Shown: in pieces, positions 1-11,699 of the stretch
Layout: every line of letters starts with the position of its first letter
How positions within the stretch are numbered: the first letter of the stretch is position 1
NCBI GenBank assembly: GCA_013239625.1
Contig: MU054323.1
Location: 5,941,220 to 6,005,219 of the forward strand
Length of the DNA stretch: 64,000 nucleotides
Source of the DNA: Lama guanicoe
Lineage: Eukaryota
Direction of reading: 5' to 3'
Made by a program: the position numbers and the translations under genes
Notes under the pieces: generated by a model
Told to the model about the DNA's origin: nothing
Databases searched by the model: none
Seen by the model: the letters and a program-made list of their open reading frames with translations, nothing else

Positions 1-305
1 CCTCCTTGCAGTGTGTTCACGGTCCCCTTGTCTCCCACTCAGGGCTCTCAGCTGCTCAGAGACAAGAGCGGTGTCTCATGCGCCATGCTGCCGCAGTGCC
101 CACCACGGGCTCAAGGACCATCCAGGCGTCAAGTGTCTGACGGATATAGTTTAATTTCCATGCAGCCCAGTAGAAAAAGCACTGGACTCTGAGCCCAAAA
201 GCCAGAATTCAGGCTGTGCCTCTCTCCACGGTGGCTGTGCCATCTTGGGCAGGGCACGTTCATCCCTTGGTTGCCCTGCGACAATGGACATACTGGAAGG
301 TGTCC

Positions 306-803
306 CAGCAGACCTCGTGTTATTGTATTGTGCTCTGCTGCGCTTCACAGATACAGCATTTTTTACAAATCGAAGGTTTTTGGCAATCCTGTGTCGAACA
401 AGTCTATCAGCACCATTTTTCCAACCCCATTTGCTCACTTCGTGTCTCTGTGTCACATATGGGTCATTCTCTCCAAGTTTCAACCTTTATCATTATCATT
501 CTATCTGTCATGGTGATCTGTCATCAGTGATCTTTGACGTGCCTGTTGCAAAAAGATTACGACTCACTGGAGGCTCAGATGATGGTTAGCATTTTTTAAC
601 CATAAAGGATTCTGCAACTCAGGTCTGCACCTTGCTGTTTTAGACGTAATGCTATTGCACATTTAACAGACTACAGTATAGCATAAACATAATTTTATAC
701 TCACTGGGAAACCAAAAAAAACCTGTGTGACTCACTTTATTGAGATATTTACTTTATGGTGGTGGTCTGGAACCAAACCCAAAATATCTCCAAGGTATTC
801 CTG
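306..803 (+). mobile_element. Internally deleted Tigger1 (TcMar-Tigger) DNA transposon, non-autonomous
   Basis: Starts cagcagacctcgtgttattg (Tigger1 left end CAGGCATACCTCG...) and ends aatatctccaaggtattcctg (right end ...GAGGTATGCCTG). The left-arm sequence gatctttgacgt joins directly to the right-arm sequence gcaaaaagattacgactc at about 545, so the transposase is absent. Confidence 0.9.
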
Positions 804-2542
804 CAATGGGCAGTGGGAAGAGATGACTTCTGAGGTCCTGTCCTGCTCTAAACTCCCTCTGTGTCATCACATCTGCCCTGCCTACCTCGCAGGAATGACG
901 TAAGGTGGAACAGTGCACACTCCTGGCCAGCTGAGTGTTTGCTCCAACCTGTTCTTGCAAATAGTGCTGCCCTTTCCATTCAGTTCCCTGGAGGCCCCCT
1001 CGCCTTTTCTTTCATTGCTTGCTGTTTGAGAGGGATTTGTGCGAGCCACGATTTTCATGCACCCCCAATAGCAGCTTTATCTAATGAGGATGAGATGCTT
1101 ACACATATTTTCATTCTTTAAAAAAAACATCGGCTATTAATTTGTCAGAATTATTCATATTTTACTGATGATATTTTCCATGTATCTAATCAGGGAGCTC
1201 ATGAATAGAAATGAAACTATTTAAATACAGAGATGGTGTACATTGTGAGATCTTGTTTTCTCAAGCTGTTTCATAATGCAGTGAATACATTTATTTCTTC
1301 TAAAAACAGGTTTTGCAGCCATCAAAAAAAAAGTTTTTTTAAATCTTTGACTAAATATGACTCTATTCATATTTGTATGAATAGATATGCTAAATCGGTG
1401 TGCTTGGCATCTGCGCGTGTGTGTTTGCACGCGCGTGTGTGTCCGAGACGTGTGCTCATTAGAAGCGTGTTTCCTGGTTTTCTCCGTAGGGACAGGAGAC
1501 TGTTTTCAGTGAGAAAAATGGAAAAACACATTTGGACCAAATCTTTAGGATGGATGGATGGCAAAGTGAAAGTACAAATTGAAATGGGGCTGAATAATAT
1601 TCGAGATAATTATTTGTACAATGTAGACTTTTAAACTGCTCAAAATTCCAGCCGCACTTACCTACGCTGAAAGAGGCTTAGAATCATTAAACAAAGCCAG
1701 ATATTAAATATACTACTGCTATCTCTCGAAACATTAGCAAGTAATGTAAAACACATGGCATCTACTCAATGGAAAATCTGAGAATACAAATTATAATAGT
1801 TGTCTTATAAGACCTCTGGGAAGCTTGAACTAAATTGCTTAATTCCATTAATAACAAACTATTACTCTAGCTATTAAAGTAACATGAGGTAATAGAGATC
1901 ATGTCGGGAGATTGCACCGAGGTTCTTTCTTCACCTAGCACAAATGTATTCAGGGGCATTGATAGATTTTAATTGACTATGGCAACTGAATAACAACAAA
2001 GGAAATTGAATGTCTTTTGAAAAGCTCCACATTTTGTAGAAGAAAATAGCAACACCAAAGTGAGGGTTTGGGGTTGCCGGGAGAGGCGGGAAGGACGTTG
2101 GGGAGCATCCATACCGGCAGCTCCTCCAGAGCTGCTTTCCTGCGATCATAGCAAGAAGTTTCTCGGGACCAGGCACACCACCGACCCAAGCGTCTTCCGC
2201 AGCTCCGTGCCGTCCACATTGAAGCAAAACCAATCCACGCTGCTGTAAAGACATGTGCTTTGTCATGGGGCACACTTCCAAGATTTAGGACTGGAGGGAC
2301 TGAAGGCTGGAAATGTTGTGAGTGACCCCTCACCATGACTCTGAAGCTGAGGACCTCTAAAGCCTCCCTCAGCTTCCATCGAGTCCAGGATGGATTCTGG
2401 TGACCCATCACCTACTTTTCTCTTCTGCTTTTTGGTCCTCTGTCCTCTGCTCATGGTCCTTCTGTCTTCTGTCCACACCCCATTGCCACCAGGGTGTCTG
2501 TCCTGCAGTTCATACGGCCTTGCTTTGTATGAAGTTACCTTG

Positions 2543-2943
2543 TGTACTAGTCATCTCAGGCTGTCATCACAAAATACCACAGACTGAGTGACTTCAACAA
2601 CAGAAGCTGTTTCTCACAGTTCCAGAGGCTGGATGTCCAAGATCAGAGTGTCAGCACGGTCAGGTTCTGGTGAGGTTCTCTTCCTGGCTTACAGACAGCC
2701 ACCTCCTTGCTGTGTCCTCACTTGGCAGAGAGAGAAAGAGAGAAGAGAGAAGAGAGAGGGAGAGAAGTCAAGCTTTCTCTGGTGTCTCCTTGCATAAGGA
2801 CACTAAACCTATTGGATCAGGGCCCCACACTTATGACCTCATTTAACCTTAATTCCATCAAGCCCCTGTTTCCACATACAGTCACAGTGGGAGTTAGGAC
2901 TTCAACATGTGAATTTGGGAGGGACACAATTCAGTCCGCAGCA
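2543..2943 (-). mobile_element. MLT1A-like ERVL-MaLR solo LTR
   Basis: Typical MLT1 antisense motifs: caaaataccacagactgagtgacttcaacaacaga, tctcacagttccagaggctggatgtccaagatc, atgacctcatttaaccttaatt, gggacacaattcagtcc. Termini are TG...CA. Confidence 0.88.
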
Positions 2944-3161
2944 GTTTTGAAGTCCTCATTTCATCTTGTTGGGTTGGCCTCTCCTTCTCTGCTTACCCCT
3001 AGCCCCAAGTGTCTGGGGTTTTAGTTGCTGCCTCAATTCTCTTTGAAGGAAAACTCACTGTACCAAGATGTGAGGAGTTGCTGGATGCATCCCTGTAGTG
3101 GCATTCTAGGAGGCGGCAGGGAGGTCACAGGGTGCCCCCCCAGTCACCCCCTCACCACGCT

Positions 3162-3366
3162 TCTTTTTAATTGAAGTATAGTTGATATAAAGTAATATTA
3201 CATAAGTTACAGGTATACAATGTAGTGAGACAATTTTAAAGGTTATACTCCATTTATAGTTATTATAAAATATTAGCTATATCCCCCGTATATACAGTAT
3301 ATCCTTGTAGCTTATTGTATAGCTAACAGTTTGTTTAACCCCTTACCTCTATATTGCCCCTCCCCA
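3162..3366 (-). mobile_element. 5'-truncated L1 3'UTR (artiodactyl/camelid-type) with degenerate target-site duplication
   Basis: T-rich end ttctttttaattgaagtatagttgat, then aaaggttatactccatttatagttattataaaatatt. Flanked by caccccctcaccacgct (3145-3161) and cacccctttaccatgct (3367-3383). Confidence 0.85.
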
Positions 3367-4289
3367 CACCCCTTTACCATGCTCATCAGTGAGCTGTGTC
3401 CAGATCATTGCACCACTTGGCCTGGGGTACACAATAATATTGCTCCACAGGTGTTTGAAGCTGTGTCTTCTGATGTCTGGGCTTCCTCCCGGTTTCCATG
3501 TGTTTCCTGAGCATCATCCCACTTCAGCCTGTGGGATGCTCATAATCTTCTTAGTGGCAGTGAGTATAATGGTCAACTCTGCTGCACCCACTGGGACCAG
3601 GGACATTCTCTCTCCTGCTGCCCATTGGTCCCTGCTTCTCTCCCGGACATCACAGAGGAGCTCTGGAGGGCTGTCCTGCACCATGGTATCCCCTCTGTGC
3701 TCACACCCCTAGCAAGGCGACTGGCCCTCCTCAAGTGCTGTCAGAGCTAGGCTCTGGGTGTGGCGCCCAGGAACGGGCTCTGATCCTGGCTGTGGGCGCC
3801 TGCCTCTTTGGCGCTGGGAGAATCTAATCCTGCCGCAACTGCAGCACATGCATGTGTTTGAAAACCTCCTTGGCAGGCAGGACCTCCTAATTTTTTCCAC
3901 TTCTTGTGATTAGCGTTGCAGACTAATCCTAGCACCAGACTCAACACCAGCTGTTCTTCCCCCACTGCTTGTTTTTACTAATAAACCAAATCCTGGAGCC
4001 GCTGCCACATCGGCTGGCCCCGCTTCTCCCTCAGCCTGAGCTGCGGCCAGCCACCTGTGGCATGACCTCAGGTGAGTTACCTTCCCACCTGGCCACCTGT
4101 GTCCTTCGCACAGCCTGGGCAGCACTGCCAGGTCTCAGAGGGCAAGTGAGGGCCACGCTCGGTTGTAGAGAGACCTGAGACTTTCCTGCTAAGACAGTTT
4201 GATAGCAGAAGTTCCCAGAGCCAGGCTGATCTATCTTAGAGATTTCAGTTTGCATCCAGAGACATTAGACATCCCTGGATACCACTCAC

Positions 4290-4450
4290 AATTTTTGATA
4301 TGAGAATACATATTCAAAATAATACATACAACATTTAGATAAGTTTTATAACCTGACAGTAAAATGAACACACATGCTCCCACCTCTGAATTTAAGGACA
4401 AGGATAGTGCCAGACTGTTTTCTTGTTCAGTTCTTCCCATACTCCTTAAA
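4290..4450 (-). mobile_element. Old L1ME/HAL1-like 3' fragment
   Basis: AT-rich run aatacatacaacattt...aaaatgaacacacatgctcccacc...tttaagga resembles antisense old L1/HAL1 3' ends. Confidence 0.4.
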
Positions 4451-6428
4451 TTTGGAAAGGGATCTGGAAGGAGAGCACTGGCCAAGGCTCCTCTCCCCTC
4501 CCCGCCACCATCTTGTCATCCAGAGGACGAGGATTCCCCCCAGGGGACCCCCAGTTTGCGACAGCAGTACCTCCACCCTTCAGCGGGGACCTGGCCGGGA
4601 AGCAAGGACTCGGTGGCGTTCAGGCCAGCAGGAGTGGCCAGAGCTGTCCCATGGAGTCCAGGGAGGGAGATGAGGCAGGCGCTCGCTCTGCTTTGCCAAT
4701 TTCTCTGGCATCTCCCCTTCTTCCAATGACTTCCGTCCATGGCAGGGCCACTGCAAGGGGCAAGTTATTTACAGCATGTGGACCTGGGAGCTCAGACTGC
4801 AGCACCCACAGCACCCACACGTCGATTTACATCTCTATGAGAGTTTCTCCCCTACCTGGAGGGCCCTGAAAACAAATCAGAGAGCGTGGCTTATGGGACA
4901 TCTGCCCTCCGCACACTCCAGCGTCAGGAAGAACTGTGATTGTCAGATACTCCTGTCGAAAGCCCATGAAATCAGCTCTGTAAACTAGGAAACATAAGTC
5001 ACAGTTCTGTTTGCTCTGCCACTGTCTAAGAATCACGAGGTTCTCATAGGGCCGGAAACAAAGCGAAACAAAACCATGAGCCCTTTTAGGATGACTTAAT
5101 GTCCAGTCATAGCCACCTCTACGCAGCCGTGCTGTTTATCTTGGTATGAAGTTTCTGACTCCCTCCGGTCCTCACATGTTTGGGGCGGGTTGGGTGTTTT
5201 TCTTGACAACTGAAATTTACTTGAAAACAGGATTAAAGTAAATCACTCTCTTTTCCTCCCTGACAGTCTCTCCATGGTTTTGCCTCTCTGGCAAATGCTG
5301 TCCCTTTTGGTCTCTCTCCTTCCTCTTTTCTCTCCCTGACTCCTTCCGACGGTTTCCTGGGGGAGAGCCATGCTCAGCACCTCAGGCAGTGTATGTACAC
5401 ATGCTCCCCATCTCCTACCCGCCCCCCCTCAAAACATTTTAGTTACACAGGCCTGTGTGAGGGACAGTGCTGCAATGACTCAGCCAGGATGGGCAGACAC
5501 ATAGACCAGAACTCACGTCTGCCTGGAGACATGGGGCCAGGCTGGAAGGTCTACAGGGATCTCAGAGGAGAGCCGACAGCTGGAGGGGTCAAGGAAGGTT
5601 TGGTAGCCCTGAGCATCTTCCACTGGAGCCCAAAACAACACAGCCTTGAGGTCTGTGGAGAAGAGGGAATGCCAGCTGGGTAGAGAGAGGAGGCTGGTGC
5701 ATATGTGCCTGCAACCCGAGCTGGAGTGAGGGCCAGGGGCCGTTTCCTCAGCCCTGGAGTCCAGGGACCCCGGCCACGTGGATGCCTTTGTAAACAAGAA
5801 GGCTGTATACATGAGCACTGAGCAGAGACTGTCCAGGGGGACAAAGGTGGGTCTAAGGACTGTGGGAATGGCTGACTTAGGATTTCAGGCCAGAATCCTG
5901 GGGTTATACACACTGGCCATGAGAGCAAGATCCGATGAGCTCTCAAATGCCTGTGCTGTGCATGATAGTTTTTCGTTTGTTTGTTTTAATGTGAAAGTCA
6001 TCACCTGGAAAGCGGGTAAGGACTCCTCTGACAATCAGGGAGTCTGGGATTTGGGCAGCAGTAGGTCTGCTTTCTCTCATATCCCTATGTAGAGTCCATT
6101 CTTCCATCTTGACCTTGGCCTCAATGCCAGGTGGGCCGGGGCAGCAGTGCCAGTGAGGTGCCTGGACATCCAGGTGGATGTGACAGATCAGAGCTGATGC
6201 CCAGCCAGGCGGGAGACTGCCTGTGGGCCTCCATGTGCTCTGCACAGCACGGAGCTCTAGGCCTCTGGGTGGAGAGAAGCCCCTCTGGGTGGGGTCAGGA
6301 AGGGCTGGGGGGAAGGAGAGCGAGCAGACTAGAAGAACTTGATCCTGCTGCAGCCATCACCCAACCACGTTCACTGCTTTCTGGGCACCTCCGTTAGGAA
6401 ATCCAGAAAGGTCAGGGACTCCCTGGTA

Positions 6429-6608
6429 CAGTACTGCCCACCTCTCAAAACTTTCTGCAGCCTGGGAGACATTCTGTCCTATGCTGTCTAGCGCTGTTGA
6501 ATATGGTCCATGTGACTGGGTGACTGCATTTTTTTAATCTATTCAAGTAAAATTAGTTTTAATTGACATAACCACCTTGGCTAGTAGACACAGTATTGGC
6601 AACACGAC
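6429..6608 (+). mobile_element. MER3 (hAT-Charlie) MITE, decayed
   Basis: aactttctgcag...acattctgtcctatgctgtc...AT-rich core...accaccttggctagtagacacagtattggcaacac follows the MER3 consensus order. Confidence 0.7.
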
Positions 6609-7734
6609 CCTGGAAGACAGCCTGGGTGAGGCTGCCCCGTGCATCCCAAGACTCCAGAAGATCTTTGATTTTGTCCCTTGCTGTGCCTCAAAGTGTCAGA
6701 GCAAACGAAGCTCTCAGAGAGAAATCACCCTGAAAATCCGTCTGGGCTGAACGCTTTCAGAGGTCCCTGCGACCGAGGCTTCCTCTCGTAGTTAAATTTT
6801 GTTAGGCACAGGAGAAGATCCTCCAGGTTTTCCTAAAGCCCTTTCTTCTTTCTGCATAAAGTTTCCTCTGTCTAAGGAAATGGTTTTGCAGGCTTTATTA
6901 TTTTGGGATTTTTAGCATATTCACTGAAGTGGTACCTGGGTTCCCACTTACCATCGATTTCTGGCTGCTGGGCCTTGCCTCTCACTCAGAATGGTGGGAT
7001 CCAGTTAGAGTTGCCCCCATCTCTTCCTTCTTTAGGGGGGCGATTGGAGAGAAAATCAAGGGGCTGGCTGCCACCACTTACAGAAAATGGGCAGATGGGA
7101 GCAATTTGATAAACATTCCACAGAAAATGCCTGCCTTCTTTGGGTGTCAGTCAGAAATGTCTAGATAGATATTTATTTTCTTGTTCCAGAACTGTCAGCC
7201 CAAGCAGCGGCTGGATTTTCAGTAGTTTGGTGAAGCGCCCTGGCTCTGGGGTGACTGATGGAGGCATCAGAATCTCTGCCTGATTTCAGCAATCTCACTT
7301 CCCAGAGCTGGACAAGGATACTAAGGAGCAAAGGGGACAGCTGGAGCAAGTCAGAGCCGGGGGCACGGTGACAGCCCCTGGTCCATCCCTACCCTGCCTG
7401 GAGGAAGTAAATCTGGGGGAAGAGGGGTCGAATGGACTAGGACTTGGAGATGTAAGGTCTCCCAGACCCCCTGGTGTGGCCTCAGGGAATAACGGAGGGG
7501 CGAGTTCAGGCATCACATTGTGTTTGTGACACATCTTTTCTCCTTGACTGCTTAGGATTCTAAAATCTTACTCTTTGAGTCTCATTTGCTAGAAACAGAG
7601 CTGACCACTGGCTGAGAAGGGCGGGAACAGATGACTGCTTTTCCTAGGGTGGAAGGCTTTGCAGTTAATTTACATGTGTTTGCGTTGGGTTTAGCATTAT
7701 AAGAGTAATTCATTTATATGGAACTCTCCTTTAA

Positions 7735-7980
7735 CCCACAAAAATGTATTGATGCCAACTGTCCCCCAGCAAGGAAACAGTGAATGAGATCATCTCTGCC
7801 CTAAGAGAGAGAGTCTTTCCAGCATGGTCTGGGAGGGAGGAGAAAGATTTTCAGACAGTGGCGGGAAGGACGCAGGGTGGTGTAGCCATGCCAGACACTG
7901 GTGTGCAGAAGACGGTGAGTCCAGGAGGGCTTCATGGCAGAGGGGAAACTTGACCTGAGCCTTGAAATGAGTAGCAGAAA
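7735..7980 (-). mobile_element. L2 fragment
   Basis: aaaatgtattgatgccaactg...acagtgaatgaga...ctctgccctaagag...ccaggagggcttcatggcagagggg...ttgacctgagccttgaa resembles the antisense L2 3' region. Confidence 0.55.
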
Positions 7981-9130
7981 AGACTTAAGATGTCTGGAAA
8001 GAGGGCAGGGGGCTCTTCAATGTTTGGAACAAAGATGTGGTGGTGGGAAAAGAAACAGGTAAGTGATGGGAAGCCACAGAGAAAGTTTTATTACTATAAT
8101 TTCCAATTCTTTGGGTATATACTTGCTGTGTTTAACCTTATGAATTTACAAACCACCTGGTATCCGTTTGTTAGATCCTGGTTTGTGATTCTAGCAGTGG
8201 AGACCAGTGTTACAGAAAAACTCTGACCTCACAACCTAGAAACGCCCCCTGACCACCACCCGTCTTACCCCTAGACCATAAAGGTGTAGAAACAAACAGA
8301 ATTCTGATAGCGGTGACATGATTTTTATGTGATGGTCAATCAACAGTGATTCTGAAGCCACTTTTAACACATTCTTCTCTGATTTAAAAACCTGTTTGGA
8401 GCTTTGGAAGTTGATTTCCAGGTTTATATATTTTAAAAAATGAATCTGTTTTGAGTTTGGAAACATAATTAACTATTTCCTAGAAAAGAATTTTAAAACA
8501 CGATTTCTTTCCCCATCTCCACATCTCCTTGAGGCTATTAAAAAAAAAATCAGGTTTCAAATCATGCGCACGCAGTGAGTGGCTTTTTCTAGTTCAGCTG
8601 ACGAGGTTGCACTTTGACATGCTTTTCAAGATTTGAATATTTTTATAAATCATGATTATGCTACTGTTTAATGAGAACAAAAGTGGAAACGGCATCTGCC
8701 TGTCTGCAGCGGAGCGCCTCCCGGCCTGTGTGCGCTGTCTGGGAAAGTGCTGGCCCCGTCTGGAGCGCTGATGAGTGTCTTGATTAGCTGAAATTGCTTC
8801 CTGCCGTAGTTTGGGGGTGTCAGTGTTGTGATGAACTGGGTCATCTCAGGGATTCGGGATGCAGGAGCTGCTCTGAGACTCAGAGTGGCTGGCAGTCCGG
8901 AGTCAAGTCCAAAATCCCCAGCTCTCCCCGGCGTGGCCAGCTTCCCTTCCTGTCCAGGTCGGGATCTTAGGACCATTCTTTGCTAGACTGTGAGCTTCTC
9001 CAGGGCAGGACATAAGGCTGATACCAATTGAACTGAACATGTTTGAGAGGGACTGTAGTGACTGCTGGTTGTGGGGAAAGAGGTCGTTTGGGCACAGGGG
9101 GCAGATGTAAGGTGCAGTGGAAATAGCGTA

Positions 9131-9184
9131 GGAGAGCTGAGGGTCCAGACCCTGAGAGGAGAGCTGCGGGTCCAGACACTGAGC
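9131..9184. repeat. 27-bp tandem duplication (2 copies)
   Basis: ggagagctgagggtccagaccctgaga followed by ggagagctgcgggtccagacactgagc. Confidence 0.9.
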
Positions 9185-9419
9185 TCCATTGTCATTCAGC
9201 TCAGTCACTGGTGTTCAGGTCGAAGAGCTTGTGTCAGCAAGAGTTTAAATGATTTGGTGTTCTTTGTTTTCTAAGTTTTAGAGCTTTGCCGCTTGTTAGC
9301 TTTCTTTCAAAATTGTGAAACTAAAAATGTTTTTGATTTTTAAACTGGTTACCATTTTTATCTGACAAACTCATTGATCCAGAACTCTTTCCCACCACCC
9401 CCAAGAAGTTCCTCTCTAA

Positions 9420-9625
9420 ATAATGGTTTAATGTAACTCTGTACAAGGAAATGCCTAGATCTTAGGTGTATGGTTCAGTGGTACGCACTGACTGACAAAT
9501 GCAGATGTCCGTGTAACCCACATCCCCAGCAAGAAAAGGAACATTTCCGTCAGAAAGTTCCAGAAATTTCTTTGAGCCCCTTCCCAGTCAACCTCCCCAC
9601 TCCAGAAGCAGCCACTGTTTTCAAC
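9420..9625 (-). mobile_element. L1MC/L1ME-type 3' end fragment
   Basis: aaatgcctagatcttaggtgtatggttcagtg...tgacaaatgcagatgtccgtgtaaccca...gaacatttcc...ccccttcccagtcaa...agcagccactgtt. Confidence 0.7.
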
Positions 9626-10904
9626 ATGTGTTTTCATTTGATGTTTTAAATTAAAACATCACCTGCATTTTGAAACTGAAAAGGACTCCTTCCTCCGAGG
9701 CAGGCCCGTCGCTGGCGCCTGGGCCCACGGTGTGCCCTGCTGAAGCCAGACCCAGAGGTTGCCGTGCCCCCCGGCTCAGACTTGGCAGTTGTCTGCAGTC
9801 TCTGCACAACCCACACCTGGAATCTCAGACATTCGCAATACCTGGAGAACAATGGATGGCAAGAAAATTCATTCTGTGCTTTTTCTAGGATCGCTTGCAT
9901 GCAATTGTGCCCGCTGAGCAGGAAGACTCCAGATTAGAGGGAGGGAGAGAGAGAGGCCTGCTCATCGGGCTGCATAATCAGCAGCAAACATATTTCTGCC
10001 CCAACAAAGAGAACAGTGTGTTCCTGAGACGCTGCCGTGTGGCTCTGAGGCTCGCTGGTGGGCGGCTCTCCTGGGAGGGAGGCGGGTGTTCCAGCAGCTC
10101 CCCCTTTTTTTGCCCCAGACTTTCTGGCTCCTGAGGAGGGGGTGCCTCCTGAAGGACCTGGCAGAGGGTAGAGATGGCTCGGGCTCCCATGCCCCTTCCT
10201 CCCTCTGACCCTCGTGAAATAAAATTCCCACAAACGTACCTGCCTGCCCGGTGGGTTCCCCAGTCACTAGCCTCAGGTGGTCAGGCCATCCTTCTGACCA
10301 CACTGCTGCCTCTTTAGATGCCATGTGTGTCTTGTTCCCCTGATGCTGACAGCCAGTCCATAGTCTTATGGGGGCTGTCCTGGTTTCCCAACCCCCTCTG
10401 CCCTGTCGCTCTTCCTGCGAGTCGTCAGCGGGCTTTGCTAGGAACCGTGGACACTTCCAGGTGGAAGCAGCCAGCAGCCAGCTGCCAGCTTGCAAGACAA
10501 ACATCAACAAATAGCCAGGCTGCAGTGTGATTCAAGCCCCTTCTAGGTCAGGTCTCTCCCCTGCGACCCTCTGCAGTTGACCTCGTTGGTTTGGCTACTA
10601 AAACCTCATCAGGAGTCAGGTCTATTTAGGGTGGCCAAGCTTGGAAAAAAGTCTTTCTTTGTTTATTTCTTTTCTTCTTTTACCTGTAATTGTATTTTCC
10701 TGTTTAATCACCAGCATTTAAATCAGGAAAGCTAACCTGAGAATGTATGTGCTTTGTTTGAATGTCACAGTCGTGCCCTTTGTAAAATTACCGCAAGGCA
10801 TGAGAATTAAAGATGTGAATAATTGGAATGCACAGGACTGCAGCGGGTGAAGGCAGAGCAGAACCGGGGGTGCTCCCCATGAGGGGGACCGCAGGTCACA
10901 GCCC

Positions 10905-11060
10905 TGAGCTGGGATGCAGGGGCTCCAGCCCAGTCCTCACTCTGCCTCTGTTGTCTCTCTGGCTGTTAACAAGTCATTTCCTGGCCTGTGCCTCAGTTGC
11001 CCCATTTGAGTGAGTGTTGGACTGAAAGGTCACTTCCAGTATGAGCCTCTGTGGCTCTGT
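10905..11060 (+). mobile_element. MIR fragment
   Basis: ctctgcctct...acaagtcatttcctggcctgtgcctcagttgcccattt...gttggactga...aggtcacttccag. Confidence 0.55.
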
Positions 11061-11682
11061 AATTCCTTGGATGTCACTGGTCACTTATAAGTTTGCCATG
11101 ATCACTGCCAATTACACTGCTGAATATTTAGCAGGTTCTAGAGACTCAGACCAGAAAATCAGAGGAGGCCATAGAAGTTAGCGCTGTCCCACTGATGGCT
11201 TGTGGTTTGTACAGACTCCTCGCCACCACGGCCAGCAGCCCCGCCAGCCACGCTCAGCCTTGGTTATACAGAGTGAGGCAGCCAAAGGAGCTTCAGAGGC
11301 CCACGGCCACCAGGCCCCTTCACTTCATTTCGTAGAAGCTTCCCCCATCCAGGCAAGGCCCCAGCTGAGAAGTGAGGCCCTGATTCCAAGAGGCAGCAGC
11401 AGCCAGCGAAGGAGGAAGAGGAAGCAGGCGGGGATGTCAGAGCTCAGCACGGCGGCCTTAGTCCTGCACGTGTTGCTTTCTTTGTTTAAAAGAAGGGGCC
11501 AGCTTCCTAGGCCGTATGAATGATAAAACACTTCTGTGTGCCCACACCCTTCCGGCTCCTCCGCTGGGAGCCTCCTGTTCCTGTCACTGGGCTGGAAGCA
11601 TCTCAGAAAAGCGCTCTCTGAACCAATCAGTGAGGTCCCCGAGAGCAGGGCCATTCTTGTAGATGATCCCTGAGGGCCTTAG

Positions 11683-11699
11683 GGCCAGCAGGGGGCTTC
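11683..11699 (+). promoter_or_regulatory. Candidate CTCF binding site
   Basis: ggCCAGCAGGGGGCttc matches the CTCF core CCASYAGRKGGC. Confidence 0.4.

Noticed and set aside
5374..5393. REST/RE1-like site tcagcacctcaggcag
   Set aside because: The right half-site deviates from GGACAG at two positions.
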